Shown here: positions 26,670 to 39,519 of the stretch, in pieces
Layout: every line of letters begins with the position of its first letter
How positions within the stretch are numbered: the stretch's first letter is position 1
Assembly (NCBI RefSeq): GCF_018350175.1
Contig: NC_058368.1
Location: forward strand, 167,154,001 to 167,218,000
DNA length: 64,000 bases
Source: Felis catus
Lineage: Eukaryota
Direction: 5' to 3'
Position numbers and translations under genes: made by a program
Notes under the pieces: generated by a model
What the model was told of the DNA's origin: nothing
The model's database searches: none
The model's input: only the letters and a program-made list of their open reading frames with translations

Positions 26670-26900
26670 AAAATGATAGCAGCCCTTCCTACGTGCCAGA
26701 CAGTGTGCTAAGATTTTATGTTCATTACCACATTTAATCTCCATAACAACGCATGAGATATTATACTTCCAGTCTTACAGTTGAGGAAATTAAGTCTCTG
26801 GAAAATTAAATTAGGTTGCCTAAGATCCTAGAGCAAGTAAATTATGTTGCCTACGTCCAAATTTTCTGCTTGGTTTTAAGCGTTCTAACCACTGAGCCCT
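26670..26900 (-). mobile_element. MIR SINE
   Basis: 'tacgtgccagacagtgtgctaag...catttaatctccataacaac...ttacagttgaggaaattaag'. Confidence 0.85.
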
Positions 26901-27059
26901 CCAGCCTCCCTGATGTGGTCCGCTCAATCTAGCTACAAAGTTGCTACATTGTTTGAAGATTAAACCTGGCTTCTGTTCTTCTCAGTAACCAGGGTAGTCA
27001 GATCATCTAGCCTGATGAAGTGAAGGAACTTTTCAGTGTCTCACTCAGCATCATGTCCT

Positions 27060-27190
27060 CATCTGTTTGTTCATCAGTGATCTACTGACTTCCCACTCAA
27101 TGCCATACATTGTGCTTGGTGATGGGAATACAGCTATGAGTAAAATGGTAAAATGAAGCTCCTGCTCTCTTAGAATTTACATTGTAGTCT
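27060..27190 (-). mobile_element. L2 3' end
   Basis: 'cattgtgcttggtgatgggaatacagctatgag...ctcctgctctcttagaatttacattgtag'. Confidence 0.7.
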
Positions 27191-27411
27191 AAGTGTAGGA
27201 CTACCCCTGTTCATTCTAGGTCCTGCTTGCTCTGATCAGAAGCCCATGATCTGGAGATTTTTCCACTACTCCATCTTTGTTAAGAAAATATACAGATCCT
27301 CCTGTGCTCTTGGCCAACCACTCTCTTAGTACATTTTAGCAAATCTGAACCTTTCTTTGCTAATGGCTTCTAATGGTCTCAGGTGCTGTATTTGCAAAAA
27401 GCTGTGATCAT

Positions 27412-27950
27412 TGTTATCAGTCAGGACATTTTATGTTACGAGACCAAACAAAACAAAACAAAGCAAAGCAAATTGGCCTACACAAAGAAAGAGAATGTTT
27501 GACACGTTAACTGGAAAATTATAGACATTTTCTAGGTAGAGCTGGATTTAGGTGGTCTAGCAATGTTGTCAGAAAGTTTTCTCTTACCATCCCTGGCTTC
27601 TACTTTCCACTGTCATCTTTATTTTCTTAGAGGTTCTTCTGACATAGTGTCAGGATGACCACCAGTAGCTACAATCTCACCTCCTACTCTGTAAATACCA
27701 AGGAAAAATTTTCCTTTTTCCAGAAGTTTTGATGAGAAACCCAGCCTTGAGTGCCATTAGCTTGGCCTGGGTAACCTAAAAATGTAACAGTTTGTCTAGG
27801 TCTGGATCATAGACCCATAGGAAATGAGTTTGACCCACCCAAAACTACCTCAACTGGAAGTTTTCTTTTTCCCCTGGGGTTTGTTTTTGTGCTTCCCCCA
27901 AAACAAAACAAGGTGCTATTGTCAGAAATAGATTCAGAGCACAGAAAGGC
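27412..27950 (-). mobile_element. MaLR LTR (MLT1J/K-like)
   Basis: 'tatcagtcaggac...ttaactggaaaa...gctggatttaggtggtc...gatgaccaccagtagc'. Confidence 0.65.
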
Positions 27951-28419
27951 AATAGATATACATTAAAACCATTTATTGGAGACTTTAAAACAATACCCCA
28001 CTCAAGACTAACAATTCTAGAAAGAAAAAAGAATCCAGTACTATAGACAGGAAAATGGAGAGGAAAAAGTAAGAGACACGGAAGGAAATTGAGAAGTGTC
28101 TTATTTCTTTCAAATATCACCAAATAGACTTATGTTTTTAATGCAAAAGATGAACCCTTCCACATAGACAAAGAGGTCTTGGGTGACCTCAATGAAGTGT
28201 ATCCCACTAGATTGATCAAACTGACCTCAACAAAAGGATTCTCTAGGGGGCCTTTGGTTAAGAATATAATTAAGATTCTAATTTAGGAGAGAATAGTTTA
28301 ATGCAGTCAAATATTCAAGTACTTTGAAAGCATCAGCTATTAGGTCTTCTCAGGCAAGTACTCCAGTCATTTTGTTCTTTCTATTTCTGCTTTGATGTCA
28401 AGAGAATTTTGTTTGGGCA

Positions 28420-28605
28420 TGGCTCAGATGCCCACTGTCTCACTAGAGGTGTGACCTTGGAAAAGTTATTTAACCTCTTTGTAAAATAGAGCTAGTAAAA
28501 CAGAGCTATCTCCTAAAGCTGTTGTGAGAGTTCAATGAGCTAGATAACCCAAGGAAAACTCTTAGGATAGTGGTTACCACATAATAGGCATGGTATTTAT
28601 AACTA
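28420..28605 (+). mobile_element. MIR SINE
   Basis: 'gtgtgaccttggaaaagttatttaacctctttgtaaaata...gttgtgagagttcaatgag'. Confidence 0.8.
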
Positions 28606-30196
28606 TTTTTAAAGCGTCCTTGGTGGTAGTAAACAATTTGATACTGGACCTGTTTGAGGCAACCGTTAAGTAATACTACTAATAGTATTTTTGTCTTGAA
28701 TTATTATTCAGATAACTTTTATTAGTACCTCTTTTGTGTGGTAAGAACTTGAGGTCAGCAACAGCCTTAATCTGTGTATCTCCTGCACAAAAGCTAGCAT
28801 TTGTTAGCTAGCTAATGAATGACTGAATAAATGAATGGAAACAAATGGAAGCATTATTTTCTTCTATCCTCACCCTCTCAAGTTGTTTTTCTTTCAAGTT
28901 CCTGTCTTTCATGAAAAAAAGTAATAATTAATATAAAAACCTTCGCCCTCACTGCAATAAGTTGTGTACTAATATTCCTTGAAAGGGCAAAGCCTTATTC
29001 CCCGGAATGAACACTTGATTTCAGGAACAAGGACTGTCAAAAAAGTGAGAGATTTGGGATCAGTGAACATTTCTGGCTGCCCTGAAATCAGCCAATGGAA
29101 TTTGCCTTTCCACATCAGCCCACCTAGAGACCATATTCATTCGTTCTCATTCTTCATGGCACCTTTGAAGCAAGACTGGCCATTTGCGAGTGCTTCTTTC
29201 CCCTCAGATATCACCACATAGGTTGATGTCTCCTGCACCTTTGCTGAGGACCAGTCCTTGTCTCTATTACACATTCTACACATTCACCTCCCAAAGGGCA
29301 TGAATGGAAACGAAACTGCCAGTTCTCTAGAATAACATCTGAGGCACTCTGTGAGTACTGACATGCTGCAGAATGGCCACAGATGGCCACCCAGGGACAA
29401 CCATACGACTGCATAGACTTCTGCAGAGAGCAATATGTGCAGGGAAGTGTAGCCAAGGTCCACATCTACATGCCCACTCTGGAGTCACATAACTTGTTCT
29501 GCTGCCAGAGGGCTTCCTGAGGAGGGAGGAGATTAAGCAGGTGTCCATTTTCAGAAAGTCCCTCCCTTTCTATGACAAAGAGATTAAGACCTAGCTCTAT
29601 GTACAAACAGCTTTCTGAATTTCTCTCATCCATTTAGAACACAGCACTGCAGTAAAATCTTTCCTCCCAGTCTTTGTGATTTTCTACTTATTAGCATTTT
29701 TATACCCTCTGTGCTTAACAGGTTAATGGAGCTTTCATCCCTTGTAATGCCACCAGAAATACAATGTTATCTATAATAAATTCCGCGAAAATGCCCATTC
29801 CAGCCAGTGTTCTTAATAATCGTTTTCTTAATAGAGTGTGCTGAAGCATTGATCACAAGCTTCATACCTTGGAAGCCTGACCCTCTGGGAGGGTCAACCC
29901 CTATCTGTGGAGTCACAGCTAGATCTCATTCTCATGAAGTGAAGGCAGACATTGAAAAGATTATGGCATCATTTTAAATATGTATCTTTTCATGGTCAAA
30001 AAAATATATTTTTAAATGTTGATAAAATTAATAGACACCTGCTCGCAAGCTTAATATTACTTTGCTGTGTCACCAAATATTTTTTAATATTCTAGACACA
30101 ATGAATAAATCTTTTGGTCTGTTTTATTATTTTTAGTGTTGATCATTCAAGCAGTTAATGGCCCCAGGCTATCTCTACTGTAACATTCCGTTCCCC

Positions 30197-30352
30197 TTTT
30201 TTAATGTTTACTCATTAATTTTGACAGAGTGAGAGCATGAGCAGGGAGGGACAGAGAGAGAATCCCAAATGTGATCTCATGACCTGTGAGATCATGACCT
30301 GAGCCGAAATCAAGAGTCAGATGCTTCATGTATTGAGCCACCCAGGCACCCC
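30197..30352 (-). mobile_element. Can-SINE (Fc2-like), internally deleted
   Basis: 'gagatcatgacctgagccgaaatcaagagtcagatgctt...gagccacccaggcacccc'; central segment missing. Confidence 0.9.
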
Positions 30353-32300
30353 TTCTTTAATTCACTTTTTAAAAACCTATTTACAGCTAAAGTTTGCGGT
30401 CTACCTGGGGTGTTTACTTGAGTGAACTCATATTTTATTCATTTGTCTTGATTAGATAAATGAAACACATCGTGATCTTTTGTTCATCAAGCTTACCTAT
30501 ATTATCTCCTGTTGAATTATTTAAAATAATAAGAAAAATTAAAAATTATTATATATCCAATAATAAGATATTTTAAAAGGGCACTATTATTTTTTAATGA
30601 GCTTTACAGTTAAAATTTTTTTAAAAAACTAATCAAGATCTTTTCTCTTTAATATTCATTTTATATATGATTCTTTAAAAGCTATAGGAAACCTAAAAAT
30701 ATATTTCTAGAATGGTCAGAGGGATAATTTTAACCTCGTATTTTTTATGAGGGTTACCAGTCATGTAACACTAAGCGTAATTTCAGGCTCAAAATCCAAC
30801 TGTGGAATTCTTTTTTCAGAATTCACTCATTAGAGCCACAGTTTCCATGGGTAGATGCAACAAATGTATATACAGAGAGGCAAGATGACATTTTATTTGT
30901 CCTTTAGAATTTTAGGGCATTCCTTGGATATTTCATTAATATTGTTAGATTTATCCCAGGGAATACAATGCAAAATAATGACGCATATAATTTGCTTTTG
31001 AAGTACTGATGTGAATCGCAAAAGATTCCCGTGTTAATTGGAGTGTGCCTGTTCAGCACTTTTTATGCCAGTGCAGCCTTCTCTGAGTTCATTACATTGT
31101 TGCATAGATTTTGAAAACATTATTAATATTATACAAGTCAACCCTTGTGCAACAGTGATGAGAAATGTAGAAAAAACCATACTAAGATAAGATTACTCCA
31201 CTGGGCATGATATACCTATTAGGTCACATCAGTGAAGTCATTTCTGGAACAAGAGGTATTTGTTTGAACTAAAATAGGTGTTAATCTTAGTTGGCACTGT
31301 GAGTTTTGAACGTGAATCTTAGAGTGAACAACTTCTCATGATAACTAAAAGGATAGAAATGTTTTCATCCATCACAAGAGAATCTGTGTCTGACACTATA
31401 GGGCATCTCTTATGAAGTTTAGGGTGCTTTAAGGAAGGACTCCAAATTCAAATGTTTATCGTAGCCATATCTTTTAGGTTAGGTTCTGTTTTTAATGTGT
31501 GCATCGTCTTTCATTGGGAAAATGAGAAGAAAATTAATAATATAGCAGCAGCATAAATTATGTGTATATATGTTTTTAGAGGTGGCATATATTTTTAAAA
31601 TTATGAATATTTTTAATGGAAAGGATCAGACAAAAGTTAACTTGACCACAGTGTTATTGTAGTTTATTTACTTTTCTTATATTTTAAATTTCTAGTAATG
31701 TGAATAGTAGAATTTGAAATTTTAAAATAAGGAAAAGAATCCAGAGCAATGGGTGACTTCTATTGCAATTAAAAAATAAATAAATAAAAGAAGGGTTCTG
31801 ACACCAAATTAAGTATCTAGTGAAAAAGGAAATATCACCCATGACACATTTAAATTTGGAAGTTCTTATAACAAAATGTAGCCACAATAATACCTCATTC
31901 CTGATGGCATTTATAGTTTGGTAGCACCAAGAGCAAATCAGTTTCAAAAATAATGTATAACACTCAAAGCAAAAAATTTACCAAACAATAGCAGTTTAAG
32001 ATAAACTACTGTATTTTGTTCACTTTTTCCTTTAAAAAATGTTATATTTAGGGGAACTTTAAAGAGTCTGTTTCAAAGAATAACATATCTTATGCATACA
32101 ATGTTTTTTTTTTAAGTACAATTTGAAGTCCTGTCCTAATTTTATGTAGTGTTATACTAGTCTGGAATTTGAAATTTGACTTATAAAATGCCTATTATGT
32201 ATTTCAAGTAAACATTTCACATGTGTTCATAATTGAGATATAAAAAGAGAGAAAGGGAAAAAATAGGCCTAGGTAAATTTTATCATAAAATCCACCTTCA

Positions 32301-32495
32301 GGGGTACCCGGGTAGCTCAGTCAGTTGAGTGTCCAACTCTTGGTTTCTGCTCAGGTCTTGATCCCAAGGGTCATGGGATCAAGCCCTGTGTCGGGTTCCA
32401 TTCTGAGCATGGAGCCTGCCTGGGATCCTCTCTCTCTTGCTCCCCTCTCCCCTTTCCCTTTTCCCCTCTCCCCTGGCCCCCTCTCAGCTCATGCA

Positions 32496-32559
<64 letters not shown>

Positions 32560-32570
32560 ACAAAACAAAC
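32301..32570 (+). mobile_element. Can-SINE (older type) with (CT)n and (AAAAC)n tail
   Basis: 'ggggtacccgggtagctcagtcagttgagtgtccaactcttggtttctgctcaggtc'. Confidence 0.95.
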
Positions 32571-32789
32571 ACATCCCTTTGTATAACTGATAACTGTCAC
32601 CTAGTTAGAAAATTCCACAAAAATTGAATTGGTAATAACCAGTCTCTGGTGCTTCTTGACCCTTAACTTTGCCCCTTCTGGCAAACACATCAATTATGTT
32701 AACAACAGAGCTTTCTGGTACTCTACCCTTGGTTTTTGAACGTTTTCTCACTTTGCCTTCTGCTTGATTTATAAATCTGCTTGAGGTCA

Positions 32790-32972
32790 TTTATATCATT
32801 TTTGCCACTTACTTACTAGCTGTGTGCCACTGAAAAGCTGCTTAACTTCACTCTAAGTCAGTTTCCTCATTTGTAAAATGGAATAATACTACCAACTCAG
32901 GGCATAATGACTAAATGGTACAGAAGCATACATGAATACATGAATGCTCGGTAAGTGTAAGCTACTATCATT
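32790..32972 (+). mobile_element. MIR SINE
   Basis: 'ccacttacttactagctgtgtg...cagtttcctcatttgtaaaatggaataatac'. Confidence 0.85.
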
Positions 32973-33942
32973 TCTATCAGATGGATGATGGATTCTGTAT
33001 TATTCCTAGATAAATTTTAATGTAAGCAAAATGTGTCATAACATGTTCAGATTTTCTACTTTTTGTCTTCTCTCTCAATTCCATGCCTTACCTTCCATGC
33101 TACCTGCCCTGCCCTGAGTTGGCACTCTGCAGGGAACTCTGTTCCATACAGTCAGGGACTCAGGCTGGGAAGCATGGGGAAGCAGATGGAACATTGAGAG
33201 AACATCAATATGTTTGTCAGTCTGCCTTTCTGAGCACCAAGCATTCCTTTGCTCCCTTCTTTCCACACATGGATCCCATTCAAGCCCTCCTCACGGGAGA
33301 AAGCCAGAGGGCCCACTCTCTTGGCATCCTCATCAAAGTCCATTATCTGTGAGGGATGTGTAGTCACCTCCAAATCACTTTCAAATGTGAATCCATCTGT
33401 CCTACAGCCACTCATTGCACAGTGATGGAATAGTAACCACAATGAAAATAGGATAGTTATTAGACACAAAAAACCCACTGGCCTGTAGCAATTCTGAAAT
33501 CCTACTAGGCAAATATTATGAGGTTTTTCAGTGAAGAGTATGGGGATGTTCCTTTAGTAAGCCCTAATTTCACACCTTGGGAAGATCTTCCCAGTTCTAT
33601 CCTATAAGAGATTTTTTTCTTTTTCAGTGTCCTCTTTGGTTGCTATTGAAGTGATCATTAGAATAAGCCCCATGTGGACTCCACAGATTTGTCAGTCACC
33701 TGCACTTACGAAGGAGAGAATCCAAAGACCTGTTTTAAATCTTGAGCAATCATAGGCTTTTAGACTAGGCTCATGGAATCTTTGACAATAGGATTTTATC
33801 CCCAAAAAGTGATATGTTTCTTTGATGAAATGACCATAGTTCATTTCAAGATATGTGCTCACATTTCTTTTTGTTTGTTTTTCTTTCTGTTTCTTTTTTC
33901 CATTCTTAGTACCACCACTACTACCACCATCCCCTCCCTCTC

Positions 33943-33944
<2 letters not shown>

Positions 33945-33983
<39 letters not shown>
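33945..33983. repeat. (CA)n microsatellite
   Basis: Directly visible. Confidence 0.98.
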
Positions 33984-33985
<2 letters not shown>

Positions 33986-34249
33986 TCCCATGTTTCTCTT
34001 TCGATTGAAGGGGCACTCCTTGAGACTGCAGGCTTTCCTATGGAAAGCTGAATCTTCCTATGGAAAGCTCCTTTTTTCCTTGAGTTATTTTGCCCAACCA
34101 AATGGCTTTTCTAGGTGCCTTACAGTTAGTCTGGCCTTCTCCCAGAGGCAGTTTAATCAATTGAAAGATTTTACTGGGAATTTCCCACTCCAAGCTAGAT
34201 GCAGAGGACAAGTTTCATGTTCCAAAGATTATATATACAGAAGATAATA

Positions 34250-34395
34250 GAAACCTAGTTCCCTAAATCGCCATACAGGGGGAAAGATGCCTGCAGATCA
34301 GAAACACCTGCATCAGACTGTTTCATGAGTAAAAATTAACTTCTATTGTTTTTAGCCATTGAGCTTTAGGGGTTTATTTCTTACTATAGTTAGCA
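34250..34395 (+). mobile_element. MaLR LTR 3' fragment (MLT1-like)
   Basis: 'atgagtaaaaattaacttctattgtttttagccattgagctttaggggtttatttcttactatag'. Confidence 0.65.
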
Positions 34396-35506
34396 GTTCT
34401 CCACCGTATGCAATCAATTGCTCAGGACCATTCTAAAAATATTACTGTATTTTATTGATACAATGGGTTGAATTCTTGCTCAGTGGATAGTAATTGAGAT
34501 AGTATTTTTGTAGAGTACACAAAACACATTCAATAATGAACAAAATGAAAAACAATCATTTCCAGGATTGCCAAGAAATGCAATTTATTTGCTGTTCACC
34601 TAGTTTTCTGTTGATTAAATTAAACACTGAATCCATAATAGATATTTCTAAAATAAAAGCAAAGCTTGATAGGATACAACATATAATTTTAGTAGCTAAA
34701 ATGAGCCTAAACTATATATGAAACAAAAAATGTTATGTAAAAGAAATATTAGCATATGCTTTCCAAGTTTGACTAAACAGCATGTAGAAATTAAACATAA
34801 TGATTTTTTAAAATAGCAGTGATTGCCAGTAGGCCCCATTTTTAGCCTTTGAATTATTGATGACATAGGGGTCTGGCTAGAAAACATTTTTTTGTGTGTT
34901 ACCCGCTTTTGTCTAGAAACAATGGTTTATTGCTAGATATGAAGTGAAAAGGAGGAAATTCAAATGAGCTTTTAAGTGTAAAATACAACAATCAATATTG
35001 ATATCTTCTAAGTTTAACACTAAGACACTGATTTAAAAATGTTATTTTCCCTTTAATTATTCCCTATATATAACTCATTAGAGTTATCTGTGCCATCTGA
35101 TCCTTGGGCATGTGCCAGTATTTAAGTATTTTTTTTATGATAGAGTAGTCTTAACAAAGCCCTGAAATTGAAAGATGAAGCTGGATTTCCAGAATTGGCT
35201 GTATTTTCTTTTCCTTTTAAATCAGTGGTTGATTGGGGAAACTGGGGGCAGTCTGAATGCTTTATGTAGAAACAGGTTTGGACATCCCAAGTTTATATCA
35301 GTGTCTTCTAAGAGATAAAATATCCACTGTTACACAGATTGGATTAAGATGCTAGAACAAACAGGTGATTCACCTTACTGGTAATCAAGGAAATGGAAGT
35401 TAAAACGAACCACACACAACTATTTTTCACACTTATTTGAATGACAAAATTTTAGAAGACTGATCACTTTTAATGTTGAAAAAGATGTGGGAAATAGTCA
35501 CTAGAT

Positions 35507-35997
35507 TGTCTGGTGTTAGCTCAGCATCACCAAGCCTCCTTTTAAAGTTCCTTTCATCAAGATGAGAAACCAGGAATTACCTTTCTCCAAATCCCTTTCA
35601 TTGCATGTTCCAGGAACCATGCTAATAAGACATACTCATGCTGGATTATGGAAGCTGGAGAGGGGGAAGGACCATCATTCTCCAGAGGTTGCTGCAGCCA
35701 GATGTGTGTGCAGATGTGAGATTTTGACCAGCTCTAGACACCCACCTATTTCCCTGCTGCTGACTGAGGTAGTTGGTCAGTGCTTCCCAGAAATTCCTGA
35801 GAGATTTTAGCAATTTACTGGCAAATTGTAAAGAACCACCCATGTTGTTGCAACAGCCAGAAATCATTTCTGGCAGCCATCTAGATGTTTCCTTTGCCCT
35901 TCCGTGGTTATAAAAGCTTCTAATTCCAAATACTAAAATTGCTGATTCATGGAATTCATAGAGTGGCCTCTCCTTGCCTGACTAAACCTTGACTGGT
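35507..35997 (+). mobile_element. ERVL-class LTR (LTR33/LTR16-like)
   Basis: 3' end 'atagagtggcctctccttgcctgactaaaccttgactggta' resembles this LTR group. Confidence 0.5.
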
Positions 35998-36023
35998 AAA
36001 GCCCTCCTCAAAAAAGTTTCAGA

Positions 36024-36348
36024 TTTTTTTTCTTTATTAAAGTACAGTTGACACACAGTGTTACATCAGTTTCAAGTGTCCAGCATAGTGATTCAATAAG
36101 TCTATATATTATGCTGTGTTCACCACAAGTCTGCCTACCATCTGTTACCATAAAACCAAAACCCTATTACAATACCATTGACTATCTTCCTTGTGCTATA
36201 CCTTTTATCCTCATGACTTATTTATTCCATAACTGGAAGCCTATATCTCCCATTCTCCTTCATCCATTTTGCCACGCATGCCACTCCCCTCTGGAGACCA
36301 TGGGGATCTGGTTTACGGAAACCATTTATGGATCTGTTTCTGCTTTTT
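36024..36348 (-). mobile_element. L1 3' end (carnivore/L1MA-like)
   Basis: 'tttattaaagtacagttgacacacagtgttacatcagtttcaagtgtccagcatagtgattcaa...ttatttattccataactggaag'. Confidence 0.88.
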
Positions 36349-36442
36349 GGAGAATATAAATTATTATGACACTCTTAGTGTGGTACTTTCAATTGAATAC
36401 TTTGAACTGAATACAAATTTGAATTGAACACAAACTGAATAC

Positions 36443-36990
36443 TGTGGTACACAGAATTCTAAAATGACTTTCAGTGGCCCATGCTTTTGTATAGCCCCTC
36501 ACATTTAGTGTGGTAAGACCTTGACTTGCTCTAACCAATAGAATATGGCAAAAATTATGGGATTTCATTATATTGCATTAGATGGCAAAAGTGAAGGGGC
36601 TTGCAGGTAAGATTATTCAGTCAGCTGTAAGTTACTTAAAAGGGATATCCTAGGCCGACCCGATCTAATAACAGGAGCTCTTTAATAGAAGGTCTAGATA
36701 TCAGAGTCAGAAATAGAGAATCTCTCCTCTGATCTTGAAGAAGCAAGCCAGTGTGAGTTCTGTAGTTACTAGGAAATGAATTCTGCCAACAGCTATGTGA
36801 ATTTGGAAGAGGCCTCAAGCCTCGGAAGAGACCCCAGACCCATCTGACACTTTGATAGCAGCCTTGTAAGACCCTGAGCAAAGGACTTAGCTAAACCATG
36901 CCAGACTCTTGGTCCTTGGAAACTGTGAGAAAATAAATGTGTATTGTGGTAAATTTGTGGTAATTTGTTACACAGCGATAGAAAATTTAA
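36443..36990 (+). mobile_element. MaLR LTR (MLT1E-like)
   Basis: 'tgtggtacacagaattctaaaatgac...ctaaccaatagaatatggcaaa...gaaatgaattctgccaaca...gaaactgtgagaaaataaatg...tttgttacacagcgatagaaaa'. Confidence 0.88.
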
Positions 36991-38734
36991 ATATCATTTG
37001 ATAGTACATATTAAAACTTTTATATGTATCTGTTATAGACCTAACAATTCTAAGATTTTTTAAGATTTACCCTACATAAGTATTAGCAAAAGAGTGTCAG
37101 ATTATATGCAGACCTGCATCTGATATAATATTATTGTAAATAGCAAAAGAAGAAAATTAGGTAAGTTAATGTCCAGTAATAGGAGGCTATCTACTGGTAA
37201 GAGTGAGATGATTGGCATATGCAGATACTCATTTTATGTTTACTGAAATTTAAAGGCAAATTGCTAAACAGTACTTTTAGTATTGTTCCATTTTGTTATA
37301 AACAGTGTATACAAAGGTGTCTATAGGTATATTTGTATTCTTGTATGCGCATGGCAGGTTATTTAAAAGTATGCTTTTGAATACCTGAGAAAAATAATTA
37401 ATCCTGCAGAGTTGGATACAAACACAGTAAGATGAGGAGAAGACTTTATTTTCCCCTTCCAACAATAACACATTGTGTATTTTTTTTAATTGTGTGAAAG
37501 CTTCACGCTTGTAGATGTTTTTAATAGAAAAAGTTATTAGAACTGAATGATGGAAATGCGAATGGCTTCATTTGCGTGAAGTGCCTAGAACAATGCCCTG
37601 CCCAAGATAGGCTCTCAGTAAATGGTTGTTAAATGGATAAATCAAGTTATTACATTCAGAACTATTATCTTAGTTCATGAGATGAAGGAGGAGTTACTAA
37701 TGTTGGATTTCACCCATAAAGAGATCTGAGTTGTGATAAAATTGACAGCTGACAGTCGTTTTCCAGGGACAGATCATAAAAAGCTTTGTTCATATTGTTC
37801 TTGAAAGGCTAATAATAAAATTAAGCTAACTATTACCAAAATAGGTTTAATTATATATTTAATCATTGGTGGAGATACTTTTTTTATATATTCCTAGAAA
37901 AATACTAAAGATCATAATGTTTTTAAATGGAGAATATTCAATGTGTTCATTTTGACACATAAAAAGTTTAGCTCTACATCTTTCTTAACAGCTTTCAAAA
38001 TAAATTTTCAAAGAAAAGACAGTACATTGTTGAATGAAAAAAGCTTCTGGTGAGTACCATTTCAATGAAGAATTAGATCCTATATTAGGTTGAAAATACA
38101 CATTGGCTAAACGCATACAGATCAGAAGGAAAGAGGCACGTTGAGATAATTTGGACATAGGTAGTGTGGAATTTTAACCAAAACAAACAGAAAAAAATGA
38201 AATCAGAAAGTATTTCACAATCACAAAATGAACTCATGGACTAGTGAAATGAGTTCCACCCTCATGCTCTATCAATGTTTGCTTTAACATAAATTCTGTC
38301 CTAGAAAGTACCAGTGCTTGGAAACAAACTGTCTAAAAATTTCATTTCTGTTTTAGGCCCATTAATGATGTGTTTACTTAGAAAACATAATTTGGGAGAA
38401 TAAGCAATATCAAATAAGAAAATTCATGGTCAAGTTTTGTCAGTAAATGTTAACACCACTTGTAGCACCTTCTCATGAGCCTAATTACAGTCTGGATCTG
38501 TTATTTACATTAATGGGCATACACATCTTTGTGTATTCATTGTTTCTGACAGAGAATCTTAGAAGTAGTAACCTCTCAGAAGTATTACAGCTATTTTATT
38601 TGATAATTTGTATTTATAATTGGTGAAATCTTGAATTTTAAATGCTATTTAGCTCATATTTTCTATTTTTATGTACTTAAAAAAAAAAACACTGTAGCAG
38701 TTAATTTATTAGTACTAAACTACCTCTATGACAA

Positions 38735-38910
38735 AATTCCTCAAAGTGCATTCTGGAACCATCCACATTAGAACACCTGACAGGAGTCTGCTCAAAAGGT
38801 AGATTTCTGTAACCCATTCATACCTGTGGAATCATAACTTCTGGATAATGAGGCCTAAGAATCTGTATTTTGAAAAGATGTTTCAAGAACACTTAAATCA
38901 TAGAACCGCG
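38735..38910. mobile_element. MER5-type DNA transposon fossil
   Basis: 'ttcctcaaagtg...cattagaacacctg...gaggcctaagaatctgtatttt'. Confidence 0.7.
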
Positions 38911-39519
38911 ACATTTGCAGTGAGTGTATTGGCAAAGGAATCCTTAGTTAAGTGGAAGGGAGAGCAAAAAGAGAAAAGATAGTGAAAGAAGAGAAGTTTG
39001 AGCACTTGCTTCTGCCCTCCTGATTCTGCCCTTGGGCAAGAATTTGGAGTAAAGAAACTCACCCCTCACCCACCTCACCCCTTCATTCCAGCAGAATAGT
39101 TTTCCTTAACATTCAGATTCACCCTGAGAGCCCCAGCCCCTAGACAAGGAAACCTTCTGTGTCCTAGGCTGGAGTAGATGGAGTTTGAGAAAGTTAATGG
39201 ATCCAGTGCAGAGTCTGAGAATTAGCAGTGGAAAGCCTCCTTAGCAGGGAAGCCGCCTTCCAAGACTCAAAATGCCAATTTTTTCTTCAGGAAATTCAAG
39301 TATCCCATTTTACAACTCATTGGAAAGAGAACTAAGTTTGGTTCTCCTACTGTTATCTCAGAGACTTGAAAAAAATTCGTATAACTAAAACATTTTGACA
39401 TGAAGAACATGTAAGAAGAGCTTTTTCTTTCATCTTCATAAATCTAAAATATATAGCAAGTAATTATAATCTGTAACAAGTAATTATAATTTGCATACTA
39501 TTAGAAAAAATTACCCCAT

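Larger units (their letters stand above)
35360..37530 (+). mobile_element. Old L1 (L1ME-like) 3' region split by three later insertions
   Basis: 'ttactggtaatcaaggaaatggaagttaaaac' before the insertions; resumes 'gacctaacaattctaag...tttaccctac' after about 36990. Confidence 0.55.

Noticed and set aside
29500..29515. Second CTCF-like sequence ctgccagagggc
   Set aside because: Only a partial match; the 3' end departs from consensus.
33692..33991. Minus-strand ORF with a GTAAGT donor near 33708
   Set aside because: The ORF is driven by the (CA)n repeat and the peptide is unrecognisable.
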